Virus record (IMG/VR): IMGVR_UViG_3300009034_000039 | Coordinates: 1 to 59,413 of that record | Origin: a virus | Taxonomy: Duplodnaviria; Caudoviricetes | Strand: one strand, 5' to 3' | Length of the DNA stretch: 59,413 nucleotides | In this document: piece after piece, positions 18,559-28,544 of the stretch | Layout: every line of letters begins with the position of its first letter | Position numbering within the stretch: position 1 is the stretch's first letter | The notes under the pieces: model-generated | Seen by the model: the letters and a program-made list of their open reading frames with translations, nothing else | Told to the model about the DNA's origin: nothing | Databases searched by the model: none | Translations under genes and position numbers: made by a program

Positions 18559-21056
18559 CTGAACAACTTGCGTTTTATCTTTGTGAGTATCACTCATATG
18601 GAGATTCTCAATTCGAGAACGAGCAAAAGCAAGCCGTATGGTTGTTCGGTAGAGACCCTGTCACTAAGAAGAAAAAGATCTTTAAGAAAGTATTTGAACC
18701 GTATTTCTATATTACTCAGTCTAAGTGGTCTGAAATAGCTCGTAGTGATCCTTTTAAGGTTAAAAGAGCTGAAGGAAGTTTTGTCAGGACTTTAGATAAA
18801 AGAGCAGTTACTAAAATAACTCTGTTTAACCCTTTAGCAGCAGAGAAGATTCAGAACTATATAAAGAGGATGTATAAGACCTATCATGTACATACTCCGG
18901 TATACGAACTTGATATGGCTAAAATTACCAGGTTTCCGCAGAGGTTTCTTATTGATATGCATCTTAAATCCGGCGTAACTATATCGCAAGACGAGAGTGG
19001 TAAGTATATTCTTACGCCAACCGATTTAATTTGTCCATTAAGAGTATGGATTATAGACTTTGAATGGGTTACTGAGCTTTCAGGTACAGTCAGTCCAGAG
19101 AGAGATGACCCTATCTGTATGGTGACTGTCTATGACAGTTATGATAATGAGTACGTTACAGTTTATGTGAAAGACTACGATATTAGAAAGACTGCTATGC
19201 ATAAGTTTGTATCAAGTATAATAAGAGTAAACACAGAAGAAGAACTAATATGGTGGTTCTTAGAACATTTAAGAGATAAAGATCCTGATCTCCTTACAGG
19301 TTGGAACTTAGTTAGAGCTGACATAAGAAAGCTCAGGCAAAGGATGAAGAAGTACAGTATAGAACTACGACATCTTAGTCCTAGAATGGGCCGTGTTAAC
19401 TTCAAGAGTTGGCCTCCTAGAATTAAAGGCTTAATACTCTTTGACATGATGAAGGCATATCTATACTTTACAAGTAAAGAACTGGAAAGCTACTCTTTAG
19501 GATTTGTAGCGTCTAAAGAGAAGTTATCAGGGACATATAAACCTTTTAAAGGAAGTCCATTAAAGCAGTGGAAGGAACACCCAGAAAGAACATTCTCTAA
19601 GAATGTAATGGATGTAAAGTTTGTTAAACTTTTAAATGACAAGTACGACCTTATAGGCATGTTCGATACTAGACGAAGAGAGTTTGGTATGCTCTTTCAT
19701 GAAGTATTCTTGCAGCATAGAGTTATTGATACTGAACTTTTACGCTTCGTTAATAAGAGAATAGCTTTACCGTCTTCAAAGATTAAAGTAGCAAAAGGTG
19801 GGTCTTTTAAAGGTGGTGTAGTAGTTGAACCAGACTCTAAACCATATCGTAATATTGCTCAATTAGACTTCTCTAGAATGTATCCTAGATTCATAAAGAA
19901 GTATAATATAAGTCCAGAGACATTTAGGTGGGTGAATGGTCATCATAGAATTGAAGCTGATAATGTTGTTCTGACTTTTGCTAAAAGTCCTATTGGGGTT
20001 ATGCCACAACTAGTAGATAGGTTCTTCAAGATGAGAGACGCCTATGAACTCTTTCTTAAACAAGCAATAAAGAAAGGCGATGAAACAGAGATTAAAATGT
20101 GGAAGCAGCGAGTATGGGTTATTAAGCAAAGTACAAACGCTATATTTGGAGTCACTGATTATGAAGGTTTTAGGTTATATAAGAAAGAATGCTCCCAAGC
20201 AATAGCTCTATTTGGTAGAGAAGCTATTGAATGGACTATTAAAGAACTTAGGCGCATTGGCTATACTGTATTATATGGTGATACTGACTCTATCTTTATT
20301 CAACTATATAACACTGAACTTAAGAAGCAGATTGAAGAAATTAAAATGGTTGCTAAGTATATTCGTTACTTCTTATTTACTGAACTAGGTCAGAAGTTAC
20401 ATAAGATTGAAGGTAAACTAGATGAGAGTCCTTATCAGCTTAGTCCTAGAAGAATATATAGCGACTACTTTCCGCTCACTAAGAAACGCTATATAGGTAA
20501 GTATACATGGGACGAGAAGAGAGGCTTTCATACTGGCTACGACATAAAAGGTGCTGAGGCTATAAGGACTGACGCTAGCAAGCTTGAAAAGAAAGTTACA
20601 ATCTACATTCTCAAGATGATAGTTGATAGAAAGACTATAAAAGATGGTAAAGCATATTGGGTTAAAGTACAGAAGGACTTCTGGCGCAAGAAGATGGATC
20701 CTCTAGAGATATCTTACCCGACTGGTATAAAGAAAAGAAGTATACAGGACTATAAAAAGACTTTACCAGCTCATATTAAAGCCTCAATATACAGCAACTT
20801 CTACTTAGGCACTGACTTTAGGTCTGGTGATAAACCTAGACGTCTATCAATAAAGCAGAAGAATCCTTCTATGGAACTCTTTGGGAAGACTACGTTTCCA
20901 TGGGGTAAGAAGACTTACAAACTTAAAGATATTGCTATAGATGAGTATACTAAAATCCCTAAACCATATCTAGATAGCATTGATTGGGATAGAATATTTA
21001 AGAGACTTGAAGGCAAAGTTAAGCGTCTCTTTGAAAGATGGGAGAAGATTAAATAA
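18555..21056 (+). CDS. polB: Family B DNA polymerase
   Basis: ExoI DFE, ExoII GWN...D, motif A DFSRMYP, motif B KQSTNAIFG, motif C YGDTDS, KKRY. Confidence 0.96.
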   Translation: MTEQLAFYLCEYHSYGDSQFENEQKQAVWLFGRDPVTKKKKIFKKVFEPYFYITQSKWSEIARSDPFKVKRAEGSFVRTLDKRAVTKITLFNPLAAEKIQNYIKRMYKTYHVHTPVYELDMAKITRFPQRFLIDMHLKSGVTISQDESGKYILTPTDLICPLRVWIIDFEWVTELSGTVSPERDDPICMVTVYDSYDNEYVTVYVKDYDIRKTAMHKFVSSIIRVNTEEELIWWFLEHLRDKDPDLLTGWNLVRADIRKLRQRMKKYSIELRHLSPRMGRVNFKSWPPRIKGLILFDMMKAYLYFTSKELESYSLGFVASKEKLSGTYKPFKGSPLKQWKEHPERTFSKNVMDVKFVKLLNDKYDLIGMFDTRRREFGMLFHEVFLQHRVIDTELLRFVNKRIALPSSKIKVAKGGSFKGGVVVEPDSKPYRNIAQLDFSRMYPRFIKKYNISPETFRWVNGHHRIEADNVVLTFAKSPIGVMPQLVDRFFKMRDAYELFLKQAIKKGDETEIKMWKQRVWVIKQSTNAIFGVTDYEGFRLYKKECSQAIALFGREAIEWTIKELRRIGYTVLYGDTDSIFIQLYNTELKKQIEEIKMVAKYIRYFLFTELGQKLHKIEGKLDESPYQLSPRRIYSDYFPLTKKRYIGKYTWDEKRGFHTGYDIKGAEAIRTDASKLEKKVTIYILKMIVDRKTIKDGKAYWVKVQKDFWRKKMDPLEISYPTGIKKRSIQDYKKTLPAHIKASIYSNFYLGTDFRSGDKPRRLSIKQKNPSMELFGKTTFPWGKKTYKLKDIAIDEYTKIPKPYLDSIDWDRIFKRLEGKVKRLFERWEKIK

Positions 21057-21436
21057 TGGGCAAACTATGGACTTTAACTGAAGATGTTGTACTTAGAAGA
21101 CTTTACGGTTCAGCTTCATGGCCAAGATTATTTGCTGCTTTACCCAATCGCAATAAGAATTCTATTAAAGCTAGAGCTCGTACATTAAGTTTAATTAGAG
21201 ACTCTTATGCGGTTGGTAGATATTTTCTGTATACCTTATGTAGTAAACATGGAAACATTCATCGAACTGAAATTGTATGGAAAGTTACTGAGAAAGGTAA
21301 GAAATATCCTACATGTCCTAGATTACATTGTGGTAGAAGATTAAGAACTGTTCCTAAGAATAGTAAACAGAAAAGACGTTATATTGATTTAGGTTTAATG
21401 GAGAAATTGAAAAGTGGAACCAAACAAGAATTTTAA
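21056..21436 (+). CDS. Myb/SANT-like HTH plus Zn-ribbon protein
   Basis: WTxxED...LPNRxxxSIKAR; CSKH and CP...CGRRLRT. Confidence 0.6.
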   Translation: MGKLWTLTEDVVLRRLYGSASWPRLFAALPNRNKNSIKARARTLSLIRDSYAVGRYFLYTLCSKHGNIHRTEIVWKVTEKGKKYPTCPRLHCGRRLRTVPKNSKQKRRYIDLGLMEKLKSGTKQEF

Positions 21437-21653
21437 GATGTTCTGGAGAAGGCTACATATGACGCGAATAGCACTTAAAAAGCTATTTACGTGTTCACAT
21501 AAGTGTGGTAGAGTAATCTTAACTGGGTTTGCCGTAACTCCAGTATTAGGTTTAGTTCAGGCCAAGAATACTATATGTGTTAACTGTGGCACTGTTCTAG
21601 AGTCTCGTAGAATACTGCCTTTAGTAGTAAAGTTTAATAAGAACGGGGAGTAG
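21414..21653 (+). CDS. Zn-ribbon protein
   Basis: CSHKC...CVNCG. Confidence 0.45.
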   Translation: MEPNKNFKMFWRRLHMTRIALKKLFTCSHKCGRVILTGFAVTPVLGLVQAKNTICVNCGTVLESRRILPLVVKFNKNGE

Positions 21654-21662
21654 AGTTAGATT

Positions 21663-22136
21663 ATGAGAAAGCTAGATCCTAAAGTTCTTTCCTTATTAAA
21701 GGCGTTAAGTCAAGGTAAGAAGGAATCACCGATAAAATATAAACTTGCTTACGTTATCTTTCCTTGGCATAATAACCCAGAGTCTAATACTAGACAAGTC
21801 GGTGAGATATGTAGGGATATAATGGCCAAGCACCCTATTATAACTATCTCCAGTCACTTTGCATTTGACTTACTATATGGAGCTACTAATAATAGAGATC
21901 CGCTCCAAGATGTGTGGTCTCGACTGCCATCTGAAGACAAATGGCAGTGTTTACAGGTTGGTATAGCTGACCTAACTTTAGTTGCTAAATGTGATCTAAT
22001 TATTGTCGCTCATCCGTTACAGTATGATGTTAGTCCCGGTATGTGCTGGGAATACTGTTTAGCTAAATTACTAGGTAAACCTATACTATACTGGAAAGAT
22101 GGGAAGTTAAAGGAGAAATACCCATGGGTAGAATAA
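21663..22136 (+). CDS. Nucleoside 2-deoxyribosyltransferase-like (DUF4406/DUF1937-like) protein
   Basis: CDLIIV...SPGMCWEYCLAKLLGKPI motif. Confidence 0.65.
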   Translation: MRKLDPKVLSLLKALSQGKKESPIKYKLAYVIFPWHNNPESNTRQVGEICRDIMAKHPIITISSHFAFDLLYGATNNRDPLQDVWSRLPSEDKWQCLQVGIADLTLVAKCDLIIVAHPLQYDVSPGMCWEYCLAKLLGKPILYWKDGKLKEKYPWVE

Positions 22137-22537
22137 ACCAAGAAGAAATGGAAAAGAGAACTAAAGCGCATTTAAAGTCTTTAATAGATCTTATGATTCA
22201 AAGAAATAAGAAGTACTCTACAACCGACATTACTAAGAAAGAAGCAACGCAGAACTTCTTAAGGAATGCAGAGTTAAATAAGATTTTTCGTTTAAAAGAG
22301 TTGATTGAAGAACCGTATGGGATCTCTATTCATTATGCCATACAGAAGATTGACAGATTAATTAATACAATTCTTATTGCTCATCAACAAAGTTATGATA
22401 GATCTATGGTATTACCACCACCTTATTTGCTTCATGCTGTGGATAAAGATTTAAAAAAGGTTATTTCAGACTCTGTTGATGACGCTATAGTCTATCTTAT
22501 AATAACTAAACGGATTCTAGAGGAAATGAGATTATGA
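22124..22537 (+). CDS. DUF1599 / nucleotide-modification-associated alpha-helical protein
   Basis: RNKKY...NF...KIDRL...DSVDDAIVY pattern. Confidence 0.6.
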   Translation: MGRINQEEMEKRTKAHLKSLIDLMIQRNKKYSTTDITKKEATQNFLRNAELNKIFRLKELIEEPYGISIHYAIQKIDRLINTILIAHQQSYDRSMVLPPPYLLHAVDKDLKKVISDSVDDAIVYLIITKRILEEMRL

Positions 22538-22745
22538 ATAAAAAGAAGAAATGCCCACCAGATACAATATACTGTTCGATCATTAAAGATTGTTGTCCTA
22601 GAATAAGGAACTGCTTTGACTGTGAGAAGGTGAAGAAATGACTTTAGTTGAAGCACAAGGAATATCAGCTATCATTGTAATAATAATATGTCTTATTCTT
22701 TTATGTAAGATATTATATAACTATGCACATTAAGAAGATGAAAAG

Positions 22746-22973
22746 ATGAGAAAACGTAAAAAGTCTGAAAAGTTAGAAGAAATAATACTTCAAGGTTTAA
22801 TGGAGTATCCTGAGTTGACTACTAGAGAGTTATTCCTATTCGTTAAGAAGACTTTACATGATAGGAGCTTTGGCTATACTGTGGGAACGATATCAGCAGT
22901 CTTAATAAAACTTAAGAAACTTAATATAGTAGTAGAAGTATCTAAATACCCAGCATGTTGGTCTTTGAAATGA
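22746..22973 (+). CDS. Winged-helix DNA-binding protein
   Basis: LTTREL...TISAVLIKLKKLNIV...WSL. Confidence 0.6.
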   Translation: MRKRKKSEKLEEIILQGLMEYPELTTRELFLFVKKTLHDRSFGYTVGTISAVLIKLKKLNIVVEVSKYPACWSLK

Positions 22974-23173
22974 AGTTAGACACTTTAGAAGAGTTCAGTA
23001 TTAAAGCTCTATTGAGAAACTTTAAGATCATTAAAATTGACGCTAAGTTCTGGAAGAAAAAGTTAGTTCAAAAGTATTGCAGATCATGTAAAAAGTCAGC
23101 TTCAGAGTGTAATGGTTGCCAGATTTATAAGACTTTATGTAATCTAATTACAATGGTGGAGGCTAAAGATTAA
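22955..23173 (+). CDS. Cys-rich hypothetical protein
   Basis: CRSC...CNGC. Confidence 0.45.
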   Translation: MLVFEMKLDTLEEFSIKALLRNFKIIKIDAKFWKKKLVQKYCRSCKKSASECNGCQIYKTLCNLITMVEAKD

Positions 23174-23330
23174 TGCCATATAAGAAAGTAGTTAAGGTGA
23201 TAAAGAATACTATTCGATACTTCTATAGCACTATTAAATATCATTATCAGCTAACTATCCTTGTAACAGTATATATAGCAATAATGACTGGTATAATGGC
23301 AGTAGTCTATTATTATCTGTGGTTATAAAT

Positions 23331-23612
23331 ATGCCCTATATATCTCAAGAGTTAAGAAGAGAAGTAGACAGGATAATAAAGAAGTCTACTAACATCTGTG
23401 AACTAAAAGTAGGACTTATAAATTTAAGTAAAGATCCTGATTCTATACTTGCTTATCTGTTCTATTGGTTGTTAGTTCATTCATATAGCATAGGGCCTTG
23501 GACTATTAAAGCAAAGCCTCTTAAGATTCTTTCAGATATAGATAAAGAATACTATGAGAGAGTATTAAAACCTTATGCTGATAAGAAGATTAAGGAGAAT
23601 GGAGATATTTGA
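23331..23612 (+). CDS. Conserved phage protein (DUF6899-like)
   Basis: MPYI...R...Y...EYYERVLKPYADKKIKENGDI. Confidence 0.7.
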   Translation: MPYISQELRREVDRIIKKSTNICELKVGLINLSKDPDSILAYLFYWLLVHSYSIGPWTIKAKPLKILSDIDKEYYERVLKPYADKKIKENGDI

Positions 23613-23708
23613 ATAAGAAAAAAGAACTAATAGATTGTGGAGTATGTGGTAAAGAAAAGGTCTTACCTAGTCAACCTATGTGTGAAAAGTGTTATAGGTG
23701 GATACGAT

Positions 23709-23942
23709 TTGGTAGGTAAAAAGAAAAAGAAGTTAGCTTTCTTAAATATACCAGACGTTGATGGAAAGGAACTAATAATGCTAATGAATGGCTTAAATGA
23801 GATTATTAAACAAAGCGATATAGATATGCCTTATGAACTAGTAATTATAGCTGGTAAACCATGGACTACTTTATCAAGAAAAGAAGTACTTGAACTACTA
23901 AAGGGCTTACAGCGAGTCGATAAGAATAAGTTTAGCGTTTAG
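23709..23942 (+). CDS. Hypothetical protein
   Basis: TTG start after AGGTGG SD. Confidence 0.55.
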   Translation: MVGKKKKKLAFLNIPDVDGKELIMLMNGLNEIIKQSDIDMPYELVIIAGKPWTTLSRKEVLELLKGLQRVDKNKFSV

Positions 23943-23952
23943 AGGCTAAATA

Positions 23953-24315
23953 ATGGTAACTAAAGAGCAGAAATTACGTACTAGATTGAAGAATATAGAA
24001 CAAGCTAGTTTTACTCTTTTAGATTCTATTCAGAAAAAGATGGACTCTGGAGAAATACCATCTGATGAAGAAGTTAGATTCATTAAGAAGTTCACGTCTT
24101 TAATTAAAGATCTAGACATGATGAGGAAGACTTCTGTAGATATAGTCAAGAAACCTATTACTAATGAAAAGCTTGCAGATCTTATAAAGCGCCACGAAAA
24201 GTATGGAGTTAATGCCGATAAAATTATGGAAACTGCAGGTTACTATAAATGCACTAAATGCTCTTTATACCATAAGAAATTAGAAGGATGTCCATTTAAG
24301 GAGGTGAAGGTTTGA
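23953..24315 (+). CDS. Helical protein with C-terminal Zn finger (possible terminase small subunit)
   Basis: Coiled helices and CTKC...H...C; the function is a guess. Confidence 0.35.
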   Translation: MVTKEQKLRTRLKNIEQASFTLLDSIQKKMDSGEIPSDEEVRFIKKFTSLIKDLDMMRKTSVDIVKKPITNEKLADLIKRHEKYGVNADKIMETAGYYKCTKCSLYHKKLEGCPFKEVKV

Positions 24316-24584
24316 GACTATTTAAGAAAAAAGTAGTTAACCCTATATTAACAGACTTTGAAACTCAACTTAAAAAGAGAGGATTCTTATTAGTTAAAGC
24401 ATTTTATGTTCGACGCGATGTTTACATTAATAGTAGAAGTGAGTTTATAAGCTTTGCAAAAAGACAGGCAGTACAAACAATATTCGTCGATGAAAGTCCT
24501 ACCTATAATATTAATGATTATTTTTATTTAACTATTGGTGGACGTATAGTTAGTATAACATTGAGAAGGAGGGTTAAAGAATAG
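24312..24584 (+). CDS. Hypothetical protein
   Basis: GGAGGTG SD, TTG start. Confidence 0.55.
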   Translation: MRLFKKKVVNPILTDFETQLKKRGFLLVKAFYVRRDVYINSRSEFISFAKRQAVQTIFVDESPTYNINDYFYLTIGGRIVSITLRRRVKE

Positions 24585-24766
24585 CAGAAGGTATTCATGA
24601 AGGATCAACTGTCTACGATATATTTTACCAGTGTAAAGCTTGCAGCAAATACGTTACATGTCCAATAGAACCTGGTTCTCCAAGAATGAAGTTAATAATA
24701 GAGAATGGAGATTGTCCTAACTACAACTTTAGCAGCACTACGCGATATAGGAGAGGCTTTAAATAA
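24581..24766 (+). CDS. Cys-rich protein with probable ATA start (not in ORF track)
   Basis: 61-codon open frame (CKAC...CP...CPNY); AGGAGG at 24567-24572; ATAG overlap with the upstream stop. Confidence 0.5.
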   Translation: MAEGIHEGSTVYDIFYQCKACSKYVTCPIEPGSPRMKLIIENGDCPNYNFSSTTRYRRGFK

Positions 24767-25152
24767 ACTTTAAATACTGCTAAATGTAAAGATTATATAG
24801 AGTTAATTCCGGTGAAAGAATGAAGAAAAGAGAATGCGACTATTGTGGCGTAGAAGTTGATGTTCCAGACGATTTAGAAGATTATATACCAGTCTTCTGT
24901 TCAAAGAAATGCAGATATAAAGAAGCTGGTTGGTAAAAATGAATGAATATAAAGATATTGAAGACTTACTTAATAAACTTCTTAAAGAGAAGTATCCAAA
25001 GATAGCTAAGAACTGGGAAGTAAAATTAGTTAAAGTTAGATGGGATGAATAAAAAATGACTAAAGTTACTCTAAAAGACTTTGAGATTAAGTTGAACTTG
25101 ATAAAATTGTATTGAGAATGGTGCAAGGAAGGAATTAACTGGGAGTGTTAAA

Positions 25153-25338
25153 ATGGTAAAATGTCCTTGTCTTAATTGTTCATATTCTGTATTTATAGAT
25201 GGATACTTTAAGCATACACATGATGATGTAGTGAAAAACCTTATATCACATATAAAACATAAACATACAATAGAAGAAATTTCTGAATGGTTAGAAAGAT
25301 GTGTAGTTGAATATGTTTTAAAAGATGGAGACTGGTAA
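25153..25338 (+). CDS. C2H2-like Zn-finger protein
   Basis: CPCLNC...HIKHKH. Confidence 0.5.
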   Translation: MVKCPCLNCSYSVFIDGYFKHTHDDVVKNLISHIKHKHTIEEISEWLERCVVEYVLKDGDW

Positions 25339-25341
25339 TAA

Positions 25342-25578
25342 ATGGTAGGAACGCATGGATCTCTTAGTAAAGCAGGTAAGTCTAGAGATAGAACTAAGCA
25401 TCTAATAAAAAGAGACGAGAGAGGTAAAGTAATACATCATAATAAGCCTCATAAAAGCCCTTTAAGGAGAAATAGAAATAACTATCACAAGAAAGTCACT
25501 TTAGTACGCATTTATGGCCAAGATGCTTGCAAGAATCCTAAAGAAAGTGGAAAAAGAAGAAGGAGGAAACGTAGATGA
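25342..25578 (+). CDS. rps30e: Ribosomal protein eS30 (S30e)-like
   Basis: THGSLSKAGK N-terminal signature, RNRNNYHKK helix motif, LxRxxGQ tail; highly basic. Confidence 0.8.
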   Translation: MVGTHGSLSKAGKSRDRTKHLIKRDERGKVIHHNKPHKSPLRRNRNNYHKKVTLVRIYGQDACKNPKESGKRRRRKRR

Positions 25579-25763
25579 GAGATGAAGTTCAAGTTCAAGA
25601 ATGCGGTTGTAAAATAGGAAGGACAAAGGTTGGTATGTGGGTTTACGATTATCTATGCGATATACACGTTAAACAGGTTAAAAAGAATGGTAAATACTCT
25701 TTTGAGAAAGCATGTAAATTAACAGAGAAACTGAATAAAGACATGAAGGAGAAGACTAACTAA
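25575..25763 (+). CDS. Cys/His hypothetical protein
   Basis: CGC...CDIH; overlapping start. Confidence 0.5.
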   Translation: MRDEVQVQECGCKIGRTKVGMWVYDYLCDIHVKQVKKNGKYSFEKACKLTEKLNKDMKEKTN

Positions 25764-25978
25764 TGAGACGTATAATGAAAACAAGTCTATTATATCAGAT
25801 AGTGAATATAATATGTGCTTGTTTATCTTCTCTTTTAATATGGTGCCTTACTGATAGAGATTTTATGGCTACAATCATAATAACTTTAGTTATTTTACTT
25901 ACTATTATTGCTATGTTAGCGCATTATGTTTCTCGCCAGTATATTATTAGAGAAGAATTGGAGAATAAAGTAAGATGA
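25763..25978 (+). CDS. Small two-TM membrane protein
   Basis: Two hydrophobic segments. Confidence 0.55.
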   Translation: MRRIMKTSLLYQIVNIICACLSSLLIWCLTDRDFMATIIITLVILLTIIAMLAHYVSRQYIIREELENKVR

Positions 25979-26084
25979 AGTGTCCAAACTGTGGAGAAAA
26001 TAGAGAAGCATACTTTATATTTTCTTGTGGTGCATCTACGGCGAAATGTTTAAGTTGTGGTCACGAATTTGAGGTAGAATAAAA

Positions 26085-26303
26085 ATGGCTAAGTGTCCAA
26101 ACTGTGGTTATCCAAGAGTCAAATACAACGTCTCTAGAAGGCAGTATCATAAAGGACATTCTCATGGGAACATAGAACCCAGAAAAGACTTTAACGCTTA
26201 TTGCCCTAAATGCAAGAAGAAATGGATAGATAGTAATGATCCAGACATAGTTCTAAAACACATAATAGAGAAGAATGATGAAATATTAAAGGGATTAGCA
26301 TGA
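26085..26303 (+). CDS. Zn-ribbon protein
   Basis: CPNCG...CPKC. Confidence 0.6.
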   Translation: MAKCPNCGYPRVKYNVSRRQYHKGHSHGNIEPRKDFNAYCPKCKKKWIDSNDPDIVLKHIIEKNDEILKGLA

Positions 26304-26485
26304 CTAGAACTATTACACATCGAACTAAAAATAAGCATAGATTATGGCCTTTATGCCCGGAATGTAAACATGCCATGAGATATATATGTTCTAATACTTA
26401 CATTTGTAGAGATTGCAAGATGAGAGCTACGTGGAACCATAATAGAAAAGAATGGGAGTTCGAAAAGAGTAAAAAACTATTATAA
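26300..26485 (+). CDS. Zn-ribbon protein
   Basis: CPEC...CRDC. Confidence 0.55.
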   Translation: MTRTITHRTKNKHRLWPLCPECKHAMRYICSNTYICRDCKMRATWNHNRKEWEFEKSKKLL

Positions 26486-27097
26486 AGAGGTGAAGAGAAA
26501 AAATGTGTAAACTATGTGCAGAAGCACTAGAAAAACGAAATAAAGGAGAAATAACTAATGAAGAACTAGATTTAGTGATGATTAATTGTGTTAAAAAAGC
26601 AAGAAGAAAAGAATCTGAAGAACTTAAAAATAAAGGAGTATCATTAATTAAGGAGGTGTAATTAATTGAGCACTTCAAATAATGAATTTAAATGTCCAAT
26701 GTGTAAAGGTACTAAACAGATTCCTCAACCAAGCGAAGTAGATTGTACTGCTGTTAAATACGATATATGCCCACTATGTGGTGGAAGTGGTACTCTTAGC
26801 GCAATAGAAATAAAAATTCTTAGTTAAGTGATTAGTAATGAGAGAAAAGATCCTCTTTATAAGAGTTAAAGATCCTGTGGAAGGCCAACCAGTAGCTTAT
26901 CTTAAAATACCTGGAGAATGGTTCGGCAGTATTGAAATACCATACTATTATCTTTATTTTTATCAATAAAGTGTTAGATATGAAGCGTAAAAAAGTAAGT
27001 AAGTTCAAGCTAGAACAAAAGTGTAAGAATCCTAAGTGTAACAAGATGATCTCAATACCTATGGTTTACTGTAGTTCTATATGCTGGAGAGAATGTA

Positions 27098-27286
27098 ATG
27101 GAGAAAGCTGAGTTCTGTTGGAACAGCAGAAGATGGATAGAATTAATGGTTCTAAGACTAGGAGCTCCAGATACGTGTCCTAATCAGAAGATGCAGTTAA
27201 CTAAATGTGAAGAATGTGGGTATTACGAAATGCGAGAACCGACTAAGTATCTTCTTTATATAAGAAAAGTTTTAATGAGTTTCTAA
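27098..27286 (+). CDS. Cys-rich hypothetical protein
   Basis: FCW...CP...CEECGYY. Confidence 0.5.
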   Translation: MEKAEFCWNSRRWIELMVLRLGAPDTCPNQKMQLTKCEECGYYEMREPTKYLLYIRKVLMSF

Positions 27287-27673
27287 TTGTAGAAAGATTT
27301 AAAATGAATAACTATAAATTAGACAGTGTTATAAGATATATTTGTGATGAACATGGTTGAAGTTATAGTTAAAACGAGATCAGGGAAAGTTTATCCAGCA
27401 ACAGACTGCAATCGAAAGCAACTAATTAAAGCTAGAAATAAGATTAATGCCATTATAGATAGAAGACTCTTAAAATAAATTGATGTTAAAAGGTCACTAG
27501 AAGTCACTAATTTAGTCGCTTTTTAATCGTTTTTAGTATACTATACTCTAGTCGAGCTAAAGGCCCTAGTACTCGGCAAGAGGTTTTATAATAGAGTGTA
27601 GGACTCACTAGAGAAGTAGTAGGAAGTATGCGCCGGCCTCCTTATACGGGAGTATTTTGCCGACGGAGAGGAG

Positions 27674-27685
27674 AAAGGTTTATAT
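27674..27685 (+). promoter_or_regulatory. BRE/TATA promoter upstream of structured RNA candidate 1
   Basis: AAAGGTTTATAT about 22 nt before the first helix; no + strand ORF follows. Confidence 0.6.
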
Positions 27686-27706
27686 TCTAATATAGCGCTA
27701 TATCTA

Positions 27707-27975
27707 TTGAGCGCCAAAGAACGCCTGAGAACGGCCAAAGACCTTTCAGGCCTACAGGACCGCAAGGTTGTCTGGGGTCAAATAAGACATTAGAAGTCGG
27801 CGCTTAAGCATACTCCTGTCCCCATAAGGGATTAACAGGTTGAGAGCAAAGCGCAGATCTGATCGAATAAGATCGCTCCTTTCGGATGATAGATCTGTAG
27901 CCGCTCTCGTAATTCATTAACAACCACCACAGGCCAGTGGAGCTGCGTAAAGCTGGATGGTAGCTGAGGCTGCAG
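27707..27975 (+). ncRNA. Candidate structured non-coding RNA 1, unknown class
   Basis: GC-enriched; helices 27707-15/27799-807, 27723-30/27744-51, GACC-GCAA-GGTT tetraloop, 27842-47/27903-08, 27853-60/27891-98 and others; G-U pairs favour the + strand. Confidence 0.65.
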
Positions 27976-28304
27976 CGTAGCGCGACCTGATATACTCTTA
28001 TACACTTCTTCTCTACAAGTCTAGTACCTGGAATAGACGTCAACATCCTTTATAGACACGCTCATATACAGTAGCGAGTCATGGCGCGACGTCAGCATAC
28101 TACTTTACTGTCTCTATAATGGGAGGTCACTATTTTGCCGAGCACTCCTTATCACTACTATTAAATAATAAATCTTAAGAACTATTTGATGATGATGATA
28201 GTTGTAAAGAAAACATTTAGATATTATATAAATAGAATCATTGTGTTAAATGATAGAAAAGTTTTAATAGAGCCATCGGTTACTATCTATAGGTGAGAAT
28301 GTAA

Positions 28305-28505
28305 ATGGGTTATAAATTAAAAATAAAGTACAATAATTCTGAAGGGGAAGGAGAAATCATACTAACAGATAGTAACAAACTTAAAGCCACAGGTATTGTA
28401 TTAAACAATGCTAATGCAGGACCAGCATTAATAGACTTGATTAGAAAACTTACATCATGGATGAGTAAGAATAATATACACTCTCTGGAGATAGAAGAAG
28501 AGTAA
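28305..28505 (+). CDS. Small hypothetical protein between the two RNA candidates
   Basis: Own TATA (28257-28269) and AGGTG SD. Confidence 0.65.
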   Translation: MGYKLKIKYNNSEGEGEIILTDSNKLKATGIVLNNANAGPALIDLIRKLTSWMSKNNIHSLEIEEE

Positions 28506-28544
28506 CGTTTAAATAATTGTTTGAACATAGTTAAGTATGTCCCT

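Noticed and set aside
27804-28046. 80-aa minus-strand ORF across RNA candidate 1
   Set aside because: No motif or SD seen; the promoter and G-U pairing favour a + strand RNA
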